Of a stretch of DNA of 28,414 nucleotides, positions 6,512 to 14,772 are shown one piece after another (the stretch's first letter is position 1; every line of letters begins with the position of its first letter). The notes below the pieces were generated by a model, which did no database searches, was not told where the DNA came from, and worked only from the letters and a program-made list of their open reading frames with translations. Position numbers and translations under genes: made by a program. The DNA comes from a virus (lineage: Duplodnaviria; Caudoviricetes), in the IMG/VR virus record IMGVR_UViG_3300025803_000074, positions 1 to 28,414 of that record; one strand, given 5' to 3'.

Positions 6512-6880
6512 AAATCCTTTTAGCCCACGGATTCCAAATGAGGCACCTATTGAAGCAAAAACCGCATACTGAAACCAGTCTGGTGTAGCAGATAAAGCAT
6601 CAAACCCACGCTCAACATAAGGCTGGGTTAATGGAATAAAACACATAGCAATTATAACTATAAACAATATAGTCCACGCTTCATCCTTCCAGCTATTGTC
6701 GCTAGACTTAGCCATGATCTTTTCCCAGCCAGCTTCATGCGTAGCGGCAACCTTCATTACCTCTGCTTCTGCTTTGGCCTTGGCTACCTTGGCTTCACTG
6801 GTGGCTTTCTTCTCATCAGCCTTGCCCTGTAACCAAGAGCCAGCCAAGTTACCCACAATCGGTATCAGTGCCTGTATCAT
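6503..6880 (-). CDS. Putative holin (3TM/GTA-holin-like)
   Basis: SWKDEAWTILF...PDWFQYAVFASIGASFGIR; hydrophobic helices, basic C-terminus, adjacent to endolysin. Confidence 0.7.
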   Translation of the reverse strand: MIQALIPIVGNLAGSWLQGKADEKKATSEAKVAKAKAEAEVMKVAATHEAGWEKIMAKSSDNSWKDEAWTILFIVIIAMCFIPLTQPYVERGFDALSATPDWFQYAVFASIGASFGIRGLKGFKK

Positions 6881-7170
6881 TTATTTAACTCCATTGATAA
6901 TTTCAATTTTGCTAACTCAATCTCAAGATCATGTACCCTTGCCACAGTATCTTGCACAGATTTAGGTGGCTCAAAATCATCTATCCAATTATCATTTTCT
7001 TCAACCTCTTGCATAGTAAGCTCAAGGTTATGCTCAAGAAAACTAATCCGTTCTGTCAGCCCGAAATAAACCCAAACAGAAACAGCAGTAAACGCAATCA
7101 TACTAATAAGATTACGCAAAGGAATTGTTATTTCACTTGCTTCGTTTAGTTTTGTGGCGGTCTGTTTCAT
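6877..7170 (-). CDS. Single-TM coiled-coil membrane protein
   Basis: IPLRNLISMIAFTAVSVWVYFGL followed by heptad-like region; coupled overlaps. Confidence 0.7.
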   Translation of the reverse strand: MKQTATKLNEASEITIPLRNLISMIAFTAVSVWVYFGLTERISFLEHNLELTMQEVEENDNWIDDFEPPKSVQDTVARVHDLEIELAKLKLSMELNK

Positions 7171-7361
7171 TTTTCACTGCCTAACCAGACTGCGAAAGCC
7201 CCTGTCATTGCACCAGAAACAACGCTTATCATTGCGCTTTGCTGTGTAGTTAAATCATCTAGGCTAATGCCCCATTCAATAACTCTGATGTACATAACTG
7301 TCATCACAAACATCATTAATCGGGGCAGTATCTTCCATCTTAGAAATGTTTCTACACTCAT
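7167..7361 (-). CDS. Small two-TM membrane protein
   Basis: WKILPRLMM...QQSAMISVVSGAMTGAFAVWLG; ATGA-type overlaps. Confidence 0.75.
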   Translation of the reverse strand: MSVETFLRWKILPRLMMFVMTVMYIRVIEWGISLDDLTTQQSAMISVVSGAMTGAFAVWLGSEK

Positions 7362-8050
7362 TTTAACGCATCCTTTATGCTATCTAACGTACCCTTTAGA
7401 GAGTAGCCAGAAGGTCTAGGGTTATATTCACATTGATAAGAACGTGAGCAACCTATGTGCAGTGATGATGTGTGCTGTTCTTGTGTGTTATTTGCGCCTT
7501 GATAAAAACAAATGACTTCATCTTTGCTTATTACTTCGGTATGTGCCAAGCGGCATGTTGTCATTTTAGGATTAGACGCACTAGCTTTAAAAGCAACCAG
7601 AACAATTAAACCAACAAACAAAACACCCATGATTAGATAAAACAGCATAGTCAAGCCATCAAAAATTTCTTTTCGTTGTGCCGCTTTTTCTAAGGCCGCT
7701 TGTCTAGCACGTTCTTTTTGAGCTTGTATGCGTCTGGCTCGTTCCTCAACAATACTTTTCCAAGTACCATTGCCAAAACGCAAGTCAACCAACATTGATA
7801 CTTCATACATTTTTTCTTGAGCTAACTTAGCGTCGATCATTTCAGATGCTACGCCGCCAATGCCATCCATAGCACCAACACCAGATCGTTTATTACGCTC
7901 TCTATTTACTTGTGCTTGACCATCAAACAGATTGTCGATATATCCAGCGATTTCACTGATGTCATTTGCAGTCCCAATAGCCGCTTTTATAGCGTCAGTA
8001 GCCCCTTTAACCAGAGCAATCCCAGCAAGTGCAGTAGAAATGGGTTCCAT
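7358..8050 (-). CDS. Membrane protein with C-terminal 4-Cys domain
   Basis: MEPIST... N-terminus, coiled coil, TM helix, then CRL...CFYQGAN...CSRSYQC. Confidence 0.75.
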   Translation of the reverse strand: MEPISTALAGIALVKGATDAIKAAIGTANDISEIAGYIDNLFDGQAQVNRERNKRSGVGAMDGIGGVASEMIDAKLAQEKMYEVSMLVDLRFGNGTWKSIVEERARRIQAQKERARQAALEKAAQRKEIFDGLTMLFYLIMGVLFVGLIVLVAFKASASNPKMTTCRLAHTEVISKDEVICFYQGANNTQEQHTSSLHIGCSRSYQCEYNPRPSGYSLKGTLDSIKDALK

Positions 8051-8238
8051 CAGTACACCTTTGTATCTTTATCTACAATAGCTGGTAGACAATAAGCTGT
8101 TATCTGTGATCCCTGTTTGTGAAGGGTTTGTGCGTACCATGTGCAATCATCTAGCGATTTAAAATACATATCATTGCTAACTAATTGCTTGTCACCTTGC
8201 GATCCAATAAAGACAAACAGCAAGAATACATGGATCAT
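8050..8238 (-). CDS. Small hypothetical protein (hydrophobic N-terminus, two Cys)
   Basis: MIHVFLLFVFIG...YFKSLDDC...TAYCLP; coupled to neighbours. Confidence 0.7.
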   Translation of the reverse strand: MIHVFLLFVFIGSQGDKQLVSNDMYFKSLDDCTWYAQTLHKQGSQITAYCLPAIVDKDTKVY

Positions 8239-8405
8239 CCATTTACTATTATGCCTATAAGCAGAACAATCGTAGTTCCCGCAGTTCCGATCATAATGTG
8301 TTCAATGCGCTTTATACGCAGGATTGTTTCTTTCCAGCGTTCAGCGCAAACTGCTTCATGTGTATCAATCTGTGCCTGTACAGATGCGGCTGTTGGCTTT
8401 GCCAT
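8235..8405 (-). CDS. 56-aa membrane-anchored protein (HEAVCAERW motif), not in ORF track
   Basis: Manual translation MAKPTAASVQAQIDTHEAVCAERWKETILRIKRIEHIMIGTAGTTIVLLIGIIVNG; TAATG and ATGA couplings. Confidence 0.8.
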   Translation of the reverse strand: MAKPTAASVQAQIDTHEAVCAERWKETILRIKRIEHIMIGTAGTTIVLLIGIIVNG

Positions 8406-8578
8406 TAACTAGCATTGTCCAGTTCAGTTTGTGTTGGTCTTGAAAGACTGGCGTGATTCCAACTTTTAATATAGTCACCATTACCGTCTGATAAATTTTC
8501 AAGTATGATACCAACAGTAAAGAAATCTTTACCCTCAAGAGCAGGATAAATTTTTATAATTTTATCGTATAATGTCAT
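8405..8578 (-). CDS. 57-aa XkdW-like tail-fibre-associated protein, not in ORF track
   Basis: Manual translation MTLYDKIIKIYPALEGKDFFTVGIILENLSDGNGDYIKSWNHASLSRPTQTELDNAS; TAATG coupling to tail fibre. Confidence 0.75.
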   Translation of the reverse strand: MTLYDKIIKIYPALEGKDFFTVGIILENLSDGNGDYIKSWNHASLSRPTQTELDNAS

Positions 8579-10725
8579 TACGCTCTCCTCACCATTCCAC
8601 CACTAAAGTGAGTTTCACCAGTGTCGTGGGCAATCGTTACTGCTGAACTTGTGTTATAAATCCACATTTCCACATAGTCATCGCTATCTAAATACACCAA
8701 AGCCGAACCATTAATTCCATGTCGAGATTCAAACCCACCGACTACAGAATTAAACCCAGCGTAATTGCTTCCATTTCTACGAATTTGCAAAATAGCACCA
8801 GCTTGAGTAAAAGTTGCATTGGCAAAAGTTACAGAGGCATTAATTTGATAATATCCAGCTATAGTTGGAGTAAATTTATCAGATGCAAATTTGCTGTCGG
8901 TATCATAAACTTCAGTCCCAAGTGCTATTTTTGTAAAGGTTGCCTGTGATACTGATTGTGCGCTGGCAGGATGAGCAAAAAAAGCTGGCCCCATTCCAAC
9001 AGAACCTGCACCAGCTGTTAAAACACCTGCAACAGTCAAACCAGCATCGTGGTCAATGGTCATAGCTGTTCTAGTTTCGCCATCATCCTTAAAGCTAAAG
9101 ACCATCGAAGGCTCAACCGTGTCTATATCTTCACCAGAAGCCATTGTGTTGCGGAATGTTGCAACCCTAGTTCCATACAAAATATCAACAAATCTACTTA
9201 CGTCTGAATCGTTAAGTCGAAGGTTTGGCGAACCATCATTTAAAGTTACATCACCAGTTACCGTAAATGCACCCACAACATTAGTGGTGTCTAAATCAGT
9301 TGTGCCATCTACGTCTATGTTACCAGAAATATCTAGTGACCCAAATGACCCAACGCCTGTTGTCGTAATAGCAGATGAACCGTTGTCGATCGCGCCAAAA
9401 CCACTAGTAATGCTACCAGCATTAAGTGCGCCTGTTGTGACGATGCTAGAGCTACCAGCAACCGCAGATGCACCAATGTCTGACAGGACTTCAGCCGCAG
9501 AACGCCCTTCAATGGCAGTGCCAGCTACGCGCAAGAAATCATCGTCTGCAACGCCGCTAGTGAATTTAGGCACATTGTTATTAGATATGCCTGTGTCTAG
9601 CGTGGCAGTGGCTGTAATAGCTGTACCGTTTAGAGTCATGGCATCAGCTTCTAGCGTGCCATCTACATCTACATTGCCACTTATGTCTAATGAAGCCGCC
9701 GCTATTTCACCACTGGCTGTAAGAGTGGTAATATTTGGATTAGCACCACTACCAGCCAATGACGCCATGTCAGCAATAACAGAGCTTGTAGCAAGTAAAC
9801 TTAAATCTTCAACTATAGCACTTGTTGCCAATAAATTTAGGTCAGTGACAATATCAGATGTTGCTAATGTATTTAAGTCGCTAACAATGTCTGTTGTAGC
9901 TAATGTATTGAGGTCGCTAACAATGTCATCTGTAGCTAGTTTATTTAAGTCACTAACAATGTCACTTGTAGCAAGAGTGTTCAGATCGCTAACTACATCT
10001 GTAGTAGCTAAAATATTTAAATCTGCAACGATTGCACTTGTTGCTAGTGTATTCAAATCAGATACAAAGTCTGATGTTATTAATGAAGCAACCCCAGCCA
10101 CGCTAGAAACTGCCGAACTAATACCAGCAACCGTTGTCACATTAGCTTGTATGCCAGCAACAGTAGTTACATTGGCTGATATGCCAGCAACAGTGTTAAT
10201 GTTAGCTGTAATTGCAGATAAAGAATTAACATTAGCAATGGTTGGTCCTGCTTCTGGTGCGCCAGTAGATGCGTTAAAACCTAGAACCGTTCCTACTCTG
10301 GATGCTTTGAGTGGCAGAGTCATAGCTACTGCGGAATCGCTATCTTCTAGCCTTAATGAGCGATCAACGTCATCTTTGCGGTCAGCAAATTGCGCTGTTA
10401 TTTTATCGAGTTCCGTGTTGAGAGTTGCTATCTGAAACGAACCCTGTGCTGGGAAGTCAGTAGTGCGTTCAAGTGCAATGTCTCTGGTTATAACTACTGT
10501 GCTACCGCCTGTTGCGCCTGTAACGCTTATTGCAACCGCGCCTGTAGATCCATTGCCACCGCTTACAGTGTAATGTGTTGTTAAGGTTTTAAGGGTGCCA
10601 TCTACATAAACCTTTAGGTCAGCACTAGCAAAAAACTCAAACGAAACCGTAAAGGAAGTTTGCGTTGCTCCCTGTGCTACGGTGTACGATACGCGTGGCG
10701 TATTGTCTGATAAGTTAATAGTCAT
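8578..10725 (-). CDS. Tail fibre protein (T7-like N-terminal adaptor, repeat shaft, C1q-like tip)
   Basis: PRVSYTV...FTVSFEFF...LKVYVDG...RTTDF...LNTELD N-terminus; 10-aa and 12-aa repeats; C-terminal PAFFA...YDTDSKF...FTPTIAGYYQINASV. Confidence 0.9.
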   Translation of the reverse strand: MTINLSDNTPRVSYTVAQGATQTSFTVSFEFFASADLKVYVDGTLKTLTTHYTVSGGNGSTGAVAISVTGATGGSTVVITRDIALERTTDFPAQGSFQIATLNTELDKITAQFADRKDDVDRSLRLEDSDSAVAMTLPLKASRVGTVLGFNASTGAPEAGPTIANVNSLSAITANINTVAGISANVTTVAGIQANVTTVAGISSAVSSVAGVASLITSDFVSDLNTLATSAIVADLNILATTDVVSDLNTLATSDIVSDLNKLATDDIVSDLNTLATTDIVSDLNTLATSDIVTDLNLLATSAIVEDLSLLATSSVIADMASLAGSGANPNITTLTASGEIAAASLDISGNVDVDGTLEADAMTLNGTAITATATLDTGISNNNVPKFTSGVADDDFLRVAGTAIEGRSAAEVLSDIGASAVAGSSSIVTTGALNAGSITSGFGAIDNGSSAITTTGVGSFGSLDISGNIDVDGTTDLDTTNVVGAFTVTGDVTLNDGSPNLRLNDSDVSRFVDILYGTRVATFRNTMASGEDIDTVEPSMVFSFKDDGETRTAMTIDHDAGLTVAGVLTAGAGSVGMGPAFFAHPASAQSVSQATFTKIALGTEVYDTDSKFASDKFTPTIAGYYQINASVTFANATFTQAGAILQIRRNGSNYAGFNSVVGGFESRHGINGSALVYLDSDDYVEMWIYNTSSAVTIAHDTGETHFSGGMVRRA
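9751..10074 (-). repeat. Nine 36-bp (12-aa) coding repeats, consensus SDIVSDLNTLAT
   Basis: SDFVSDLNTLAT, SAIVADLNILAT, TDVVSDLNTLAT, SDIVSDLNKLAT and following; DNA diverged at synonymous sites. Confidence 0.9.
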
Positions 10726-10731
10726 GGCTAG

Positions 10732-10767
10732 ATCCTACCTTTCATGTGGATATGGCTCAACTCACAA
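10732..10767 (-). promoter_or_regulatory. Candidate late promoter for tail fibre/lysis unit
   Basis: TTGTGAGTTG motif overlapping TTGAGC, 17 nt, TAGGAT, then 6 nt to the tail fibre ATG. Confidence 0.55.
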
Positions 10768-13700
10768 TTAATAGCGTCCTCCAGCAAACGCTCTTGCTGT
10801 TTCATTTGTAGTGTCTTTCAAGAAATGTAATTGTGCAAATGGTAGTCTGCGTAACAAATCAGCACTACCCTCGCCATAATCACCACCTAAAAACTTTGCA
10901 ACACCTCTACCTACATCAACAGCATATGATGGACCAGCACCACCCACTGCTGTTATAGCATCCAGTGTGTTTTCTTTCTGATTAAACTTAGGTTTTATAA
11001 TACCAGCACCAATATCAGGACCGCCAAGAGCCATACTTATGCCCATAGAAGTATAAAACAAATCAGAGTATAGTGCCGCTACACCAGAAGCATCAAAAGA
11101 TCTAGCAACCTTATCAGTAAGGCTCATTTGTTTCATTTGCCAATCTTTGTATTTAAGCTCCATGCTCATATAGCCCAAGCCCATAGATGCGCCAACAGCT
11201 ATAGCACGGTTTTTAACCTGACCCTGTGCAATAGAAGCGGTAATTTTATTAGAAGCGGCAAAGCTATAAGATAAGAATTGGAATGGCATAGAAAGCAAGG
11301 CGTTTTCAATGCGAGCATAGCCTCTATATTTTTTGTCCTCTTTCATACCAAACTTTTCTGCAACGTGCATAGGTACATAGAATACACCATCAACAGCAAT
11401 AGGTTTATCTGCTGGTGTACCCATAAGAACTGTATTGCCAATGCCGCTATTCATTGAAGCACGAAAGTTTTCTACAGTACCTTGAGTTGTTTTACGAACT
11501 CTAATTGGCTTTTCTTTTTTCAAACGCTTTAAGGCATGATCGTTAATACGTTTTTCATAATTAACATCTGATTCGCCCTTTTTTTTCTTAAACTTGCCAT
11601 GAAACATTTCATGCAAAAGAATAAAATCAGCAAAGTCTTTTGATGTTTCAAAACTATCTGCGTGCTTTAAAAAATATTCTGCGTGCATTAGTTCATCAGG
11701 CTTCATTGTAGATCTTTTTTTATCAATATTAGCCTTATATTTATCTGGATAATTTTTAAATGAATTGAATCTTTTTTCTACATTAGTAAAATCTAAATAA
11801 ACAACACCGCCTTGATTGTGTACATACTCATGCTGTCCAAAAGTTTTATCAGAATCAGGCCAGCCCCATTTCTTTTTAGCGGCGGCATACTCATCTATAT
11901 CTGTTACAATTCGGCTAACATTAAACTCACTACCATATCTAAACACAATGGTATCATTGCCTAGATCCATATAGTTTACAGATTCCTGCCGCCCTGTAGT
12001 CCATTCGCGTGTGTTTGGCAAATACAAACCATTGTCTGTTTTATCCCAAGGAGCATTAGCTATTTCAAATGCCTCTTGCTTGCCAATGTTGTAACGAGCC
12101 AAGTAAGAAATTTCAAAGTCAGATGCGGTTCCGTTAGTTACTTTTACAGAATAATCAATAAGCGTATGACCCCTAGCCATAGCGTCCATCTTTTTAAATA
12201 TGGTTGTCATAGGTGCAACGCCATTAAGCATAAAGAAACCAGTACGCATCTTAGACATCAGACCATCATTCAAAGGGTTGTTGCTCATGTTTTCGCTAAA
12301 GCGCATGTGAGCATCACCCTTAAGTATATCTATTATTTCGCCAGCAATACGCCCTTCTTCTGCTGTCATTCTAACTTTGCCATTATCCATAGTGGCAAAC
12401 AAAGACTTCCAGATAGTACCCATTTCATGTTCCATCATAATCTTGGCAAAATCAGGCAGGGTTGAAAAGCCAGCAGAACCTAGATAGTTCATCATAGCCA
12501 GATCTTTCAAAACTATAGCGGCCTTCAAACTCAAAGCTTCTGGATTGCGAATGACTGTGCCTTGGACACGATCATTAAGGTGGCGCACATCCCGCATATA
12601 ACGATTTATTTCCTGCTCACTCAAACCGTTAGCAATCAAACCATCTTCAATTTCATCAAGCTTATCATCAAAACTTTTACCAAACTTTAATGCTAACTCG
12701 TACTGTGGCGCAATCTTAGCTGTGTAAGTTTTCATTACTGTAATTGGATTCTGCTCAATAAAATCAACAACCAATTTGTTTGGTATATCTACTTCACGAT
12801 GACGAAAGTGTTTTGATCTGCCATAGCCATAAGATGCAACTGACTCTGCTGTAACATCATCAATGCCAAGAATCTTATCAATAGTATCGTTTACTCTTTT
12901 TGCAACAGCCTCAGGGCTAGAAGATGTGCGTACTTGTGACCACTTGTTATCTTTCATTACATAAACATATGGATTGTTTTGATACCATGTTCTAAGTATT
13001 TCAAACAATTCAGCACGATTAGCTTCTATATGTTTTTTATTCCAATAACGCGGATGAAACTTTTCTTCGTTTGCTGGCATTAAGCGTTGATTTTTCATAG
13101 ACTCAACTTGCAAGTCAGCATTTTCTTTTTCGCTTTTTGCTTTAGAAACCATTTTTCTATTATGTGCTAACCGTCTATCTTCTAACTCAGTTCTATTAGG
13201 TTTGTTTTTAAGACCATCAACTATTGATTGACGCTGTGCTATTTCACCATCAAGGATCATAGACCTATTTTTGTAATGGCTTACACTGCCTATAAGACCA
13301 GTAGATGAAAGACGTTTTTCCCATTCTTCATAGTAGTTATCTAACAGCTTCATAGCTTTTGATGCGGCTTCTGACTTTGGTGCTTCACCCTTCATCCGCA
13401 TGACATTAACTTCTGTAATAAAGTCAAAGAAATTTGCTGATTTCTTTTCACGCTTTACTTTTTTAATTACACCTTCAACAGTTTCTTTGGCATTGTAATC
13501 AAGTATGGTTTGTCTGCCTTTGCCATACTCTTTGCCATAGATGTTACGCAACTCATCATACACTTGAACCCACTCACCATCGCGCATAGCGGCCTTCTGA
13601 TACACAGAAGGTCCAACTCTAAAGCCTTTTGTGTGTAGATTTAGAAGTATGCCGCTATCACCAGCAATATCTAAGGCAAACTTTTTAGCTTCGTCAGTTA

Positions 13701-14772
13701 TTTTTGAATTTTGCAACTGTCTTTTCATTGGTGTTGTTACAAACTGGTAAGCCCAGCTATCAGTCCACAAGTTCTTAGGCAAAGAATAAGGATTATTTAT
13801 CTTTTTAATTTCAGCTTCATCTAATGATCTCGCGGCTTTTTCAGCAGAAAATAAATTAAACTGATCTTGTCTGGCATTGAGTTGTTTCTGTGCAACATTA
13901 AGGCTTTCAGTAGCTTCATCTAAAGATGCCTTTGTCGTTTTCATATCGTCTGGTGTTACAGCTTTGTCATACTCTGCTTTACGCGCAGTAACAGTTTCTA
14001 ATATGTCATCTACATTCTTTTGCATTGTTGCTATAACTCTAGGATCGTTATCTACAACAACATCAATCTCGTAGTTTTCTACCTGAGACAGTGGGCGATC
14101 AGGCGTAGGCTTAACATAGTTTGTGTTAATGTCTGGTGTATGTGCTATTTCTCTTTCACCTAACGCCTGTTTAGTGGCTACAAAAGCATTGGCTCGTCTA
14201 GTAGAGGGCACAGATATAGCACTGCTTATTAAGCCGCCAGCTACAAAAGCTGAACCAATATTTAATGCAATTTCTGTTTTTGTGCCAACAGGATCAAACG
14301 GCGCACGAATTGTTTCTAATCCTGTTTGTAAAGCTCCAACAGATGCACCGCCTCTTAGGAAAGCCCTACCCAAGCCAATGCCAGCACCACCAAAGGGTAA
14401 TGCAACAAGGTTAATAGGATCAGCAAGGCCAGCAAAAAAGTGCTGACCAAAAGTTGCCTTGCTAAGTATGTCACGCCGTTGAATGTTTTCATCAATCGCA
14501 CGTTTAAGTTCGACCATATGTTCTGCATTTTTGGCATCCATTAAATCATCACGATATGCTTCATAGCCGCCAATATCTTCTAATGCTAAATAGCTTTCAT
14601 CTTCTTCACCGCGAAACTTAATAGCATTGCTTATAGACTCAATAATCGGATCATATGTGTAGCCAACAGATGCACCAACAACCTCAAAGTAACTAGGATC
14701 GTCCCTTTCAAGTTGTGTCTGTGCGCCTCTGTATAACAAAGAGTTATGTGAAAACGGATCTAGTACAGGCAT
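10768..14772 (-). CDS. Large internal virion (ejection) protein, 1334 aa
   Basis: Size, helical composition and position as last of three genes between tail tubular B and fibre; contains HEMFH motif. Confidence 0.75.
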   Translation of the reverse strand: MPVLDPFSHNSLLYRGAQTQLERDDPSYFEVVGASVGYTYDPIIESISNAIKFRGEEDESYLALEDIGGYEAYRDDLMDAKNAEHMVELKRAIDENIQRRDILSKATFGQHFFAGLADPINLVALPFGGAGIGLGRAFLRGGASVGALQTGLETIRAPFDPVGTKTEIALNIGSAFVAGGLISSAISVPSTRRANAFVATKQALGEREIAHTPDINTNYVKPTPDRPLSQVENYEIDVVVDNDPRVIATMQKNVDDILETVTARKAEYDKAVTPDDMKTTKASLDEATESLNVAQKQLNARQDQFNLFSAEKAARSLDEAEIKKINNPYSLPKNLWTDSWAYQFVTTPMKRQLQNSKITDEAKKFALDIAGDSGILLNLHTKGFRVGPSVYQKAAMRDGEWVQVYDELRNIYGKEYGKGRQTILDYNAKETVEGVIKKVKREKKSANFFDFITEVNVMRMKGEAPKSEAASKAMKLLDNYYEEWEKRLSSTGLIGSVSHYKNRSMILDGEIAQRQSIVDGLKNKPNRTELEDRRLAHNRKMVSKAKSEKENADLQVESMKNQRLMPANEEKFHPRYWNKKHIEANRAELFEILRTWYQNNPYVYVMKDNKWSQVRTSSSPEAVAKRVNDTIDKILGIDDVTAESVASYGYGRSKHFRHREVDIPNKLVVDFIEQNPITVMKTYTAKIAPQYELALKFGKSFDDKLDEIEDGLIANGLSEQEINRYMRDVRHLNDRVQGTVIRNPEALSLKAAIVLKDLAMMNYLGSAGFSTLPDFAKIMMEHEMGTIWKSLFATMDNGKVRMTAEEGRIAGEIIDILKGDAHMRFSENMSNNPLNDGLMSKMRTGFFMLNGVAPMTTIFKKMDAMARGHTLIDYSVKVTNGTASDFEISYLARYNIGKQEAFEIANAPWDKTDNGLYLPNTREWTTGRQESVNYMDLGNDTIVFRYGSEFNVSRIVTDIDEYAAAKKKWGWPDSDKTFGQHEYVHNQGGVVYLDFTNVEKRFNSFKNYPDKYKANIDKKRSTMKPDELMHAEYFLKHADSFETSKDFADFILLHEMFHGKFKKKKGESDVNYEKRINDHALKRLKKEKPIRVRKTTQGTVENFRASMNSGIGNTVLMGTPADKPIAVDGVFYVPMHVAEKFGMKEDKKYRGYARIENALLSMPFQFLSYSFAASNKITASIAQGQVKNRAIAVGASMGLGYMSMELKYKDWQMKQMSLTDKVARSFDASGVAALYSDLFYTSMGISMALGGPDIGAGIIKPKFNQKENTLDAITAVGGAGPSYAVDVGRGVAKFLGGDYGEGSADLLRRLPFAQLHFLKDTTNETARAFAGGRY

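Noticed and set aside
8578-9000. Diversity-generating retroelement target, given the BPP-1-like gene set
   Set aside because: No reverse transcriptase and no second near-copy (template repeat) of the fibre tip seen in the window.
9751-10074. 36-bp periodicity resembling a CRISPR array
   Set aside because: No spacers; units are in-frame coding repeats diverged at synonymous positions.
9056-10435. 459-aa + strand ORF antisense to the tail fibre
   Set aside because: Codon-aligned mirror of an Ala/Thr/Ser/Asp-rich gene; no RBS or recognisable domain; shadow ORF.
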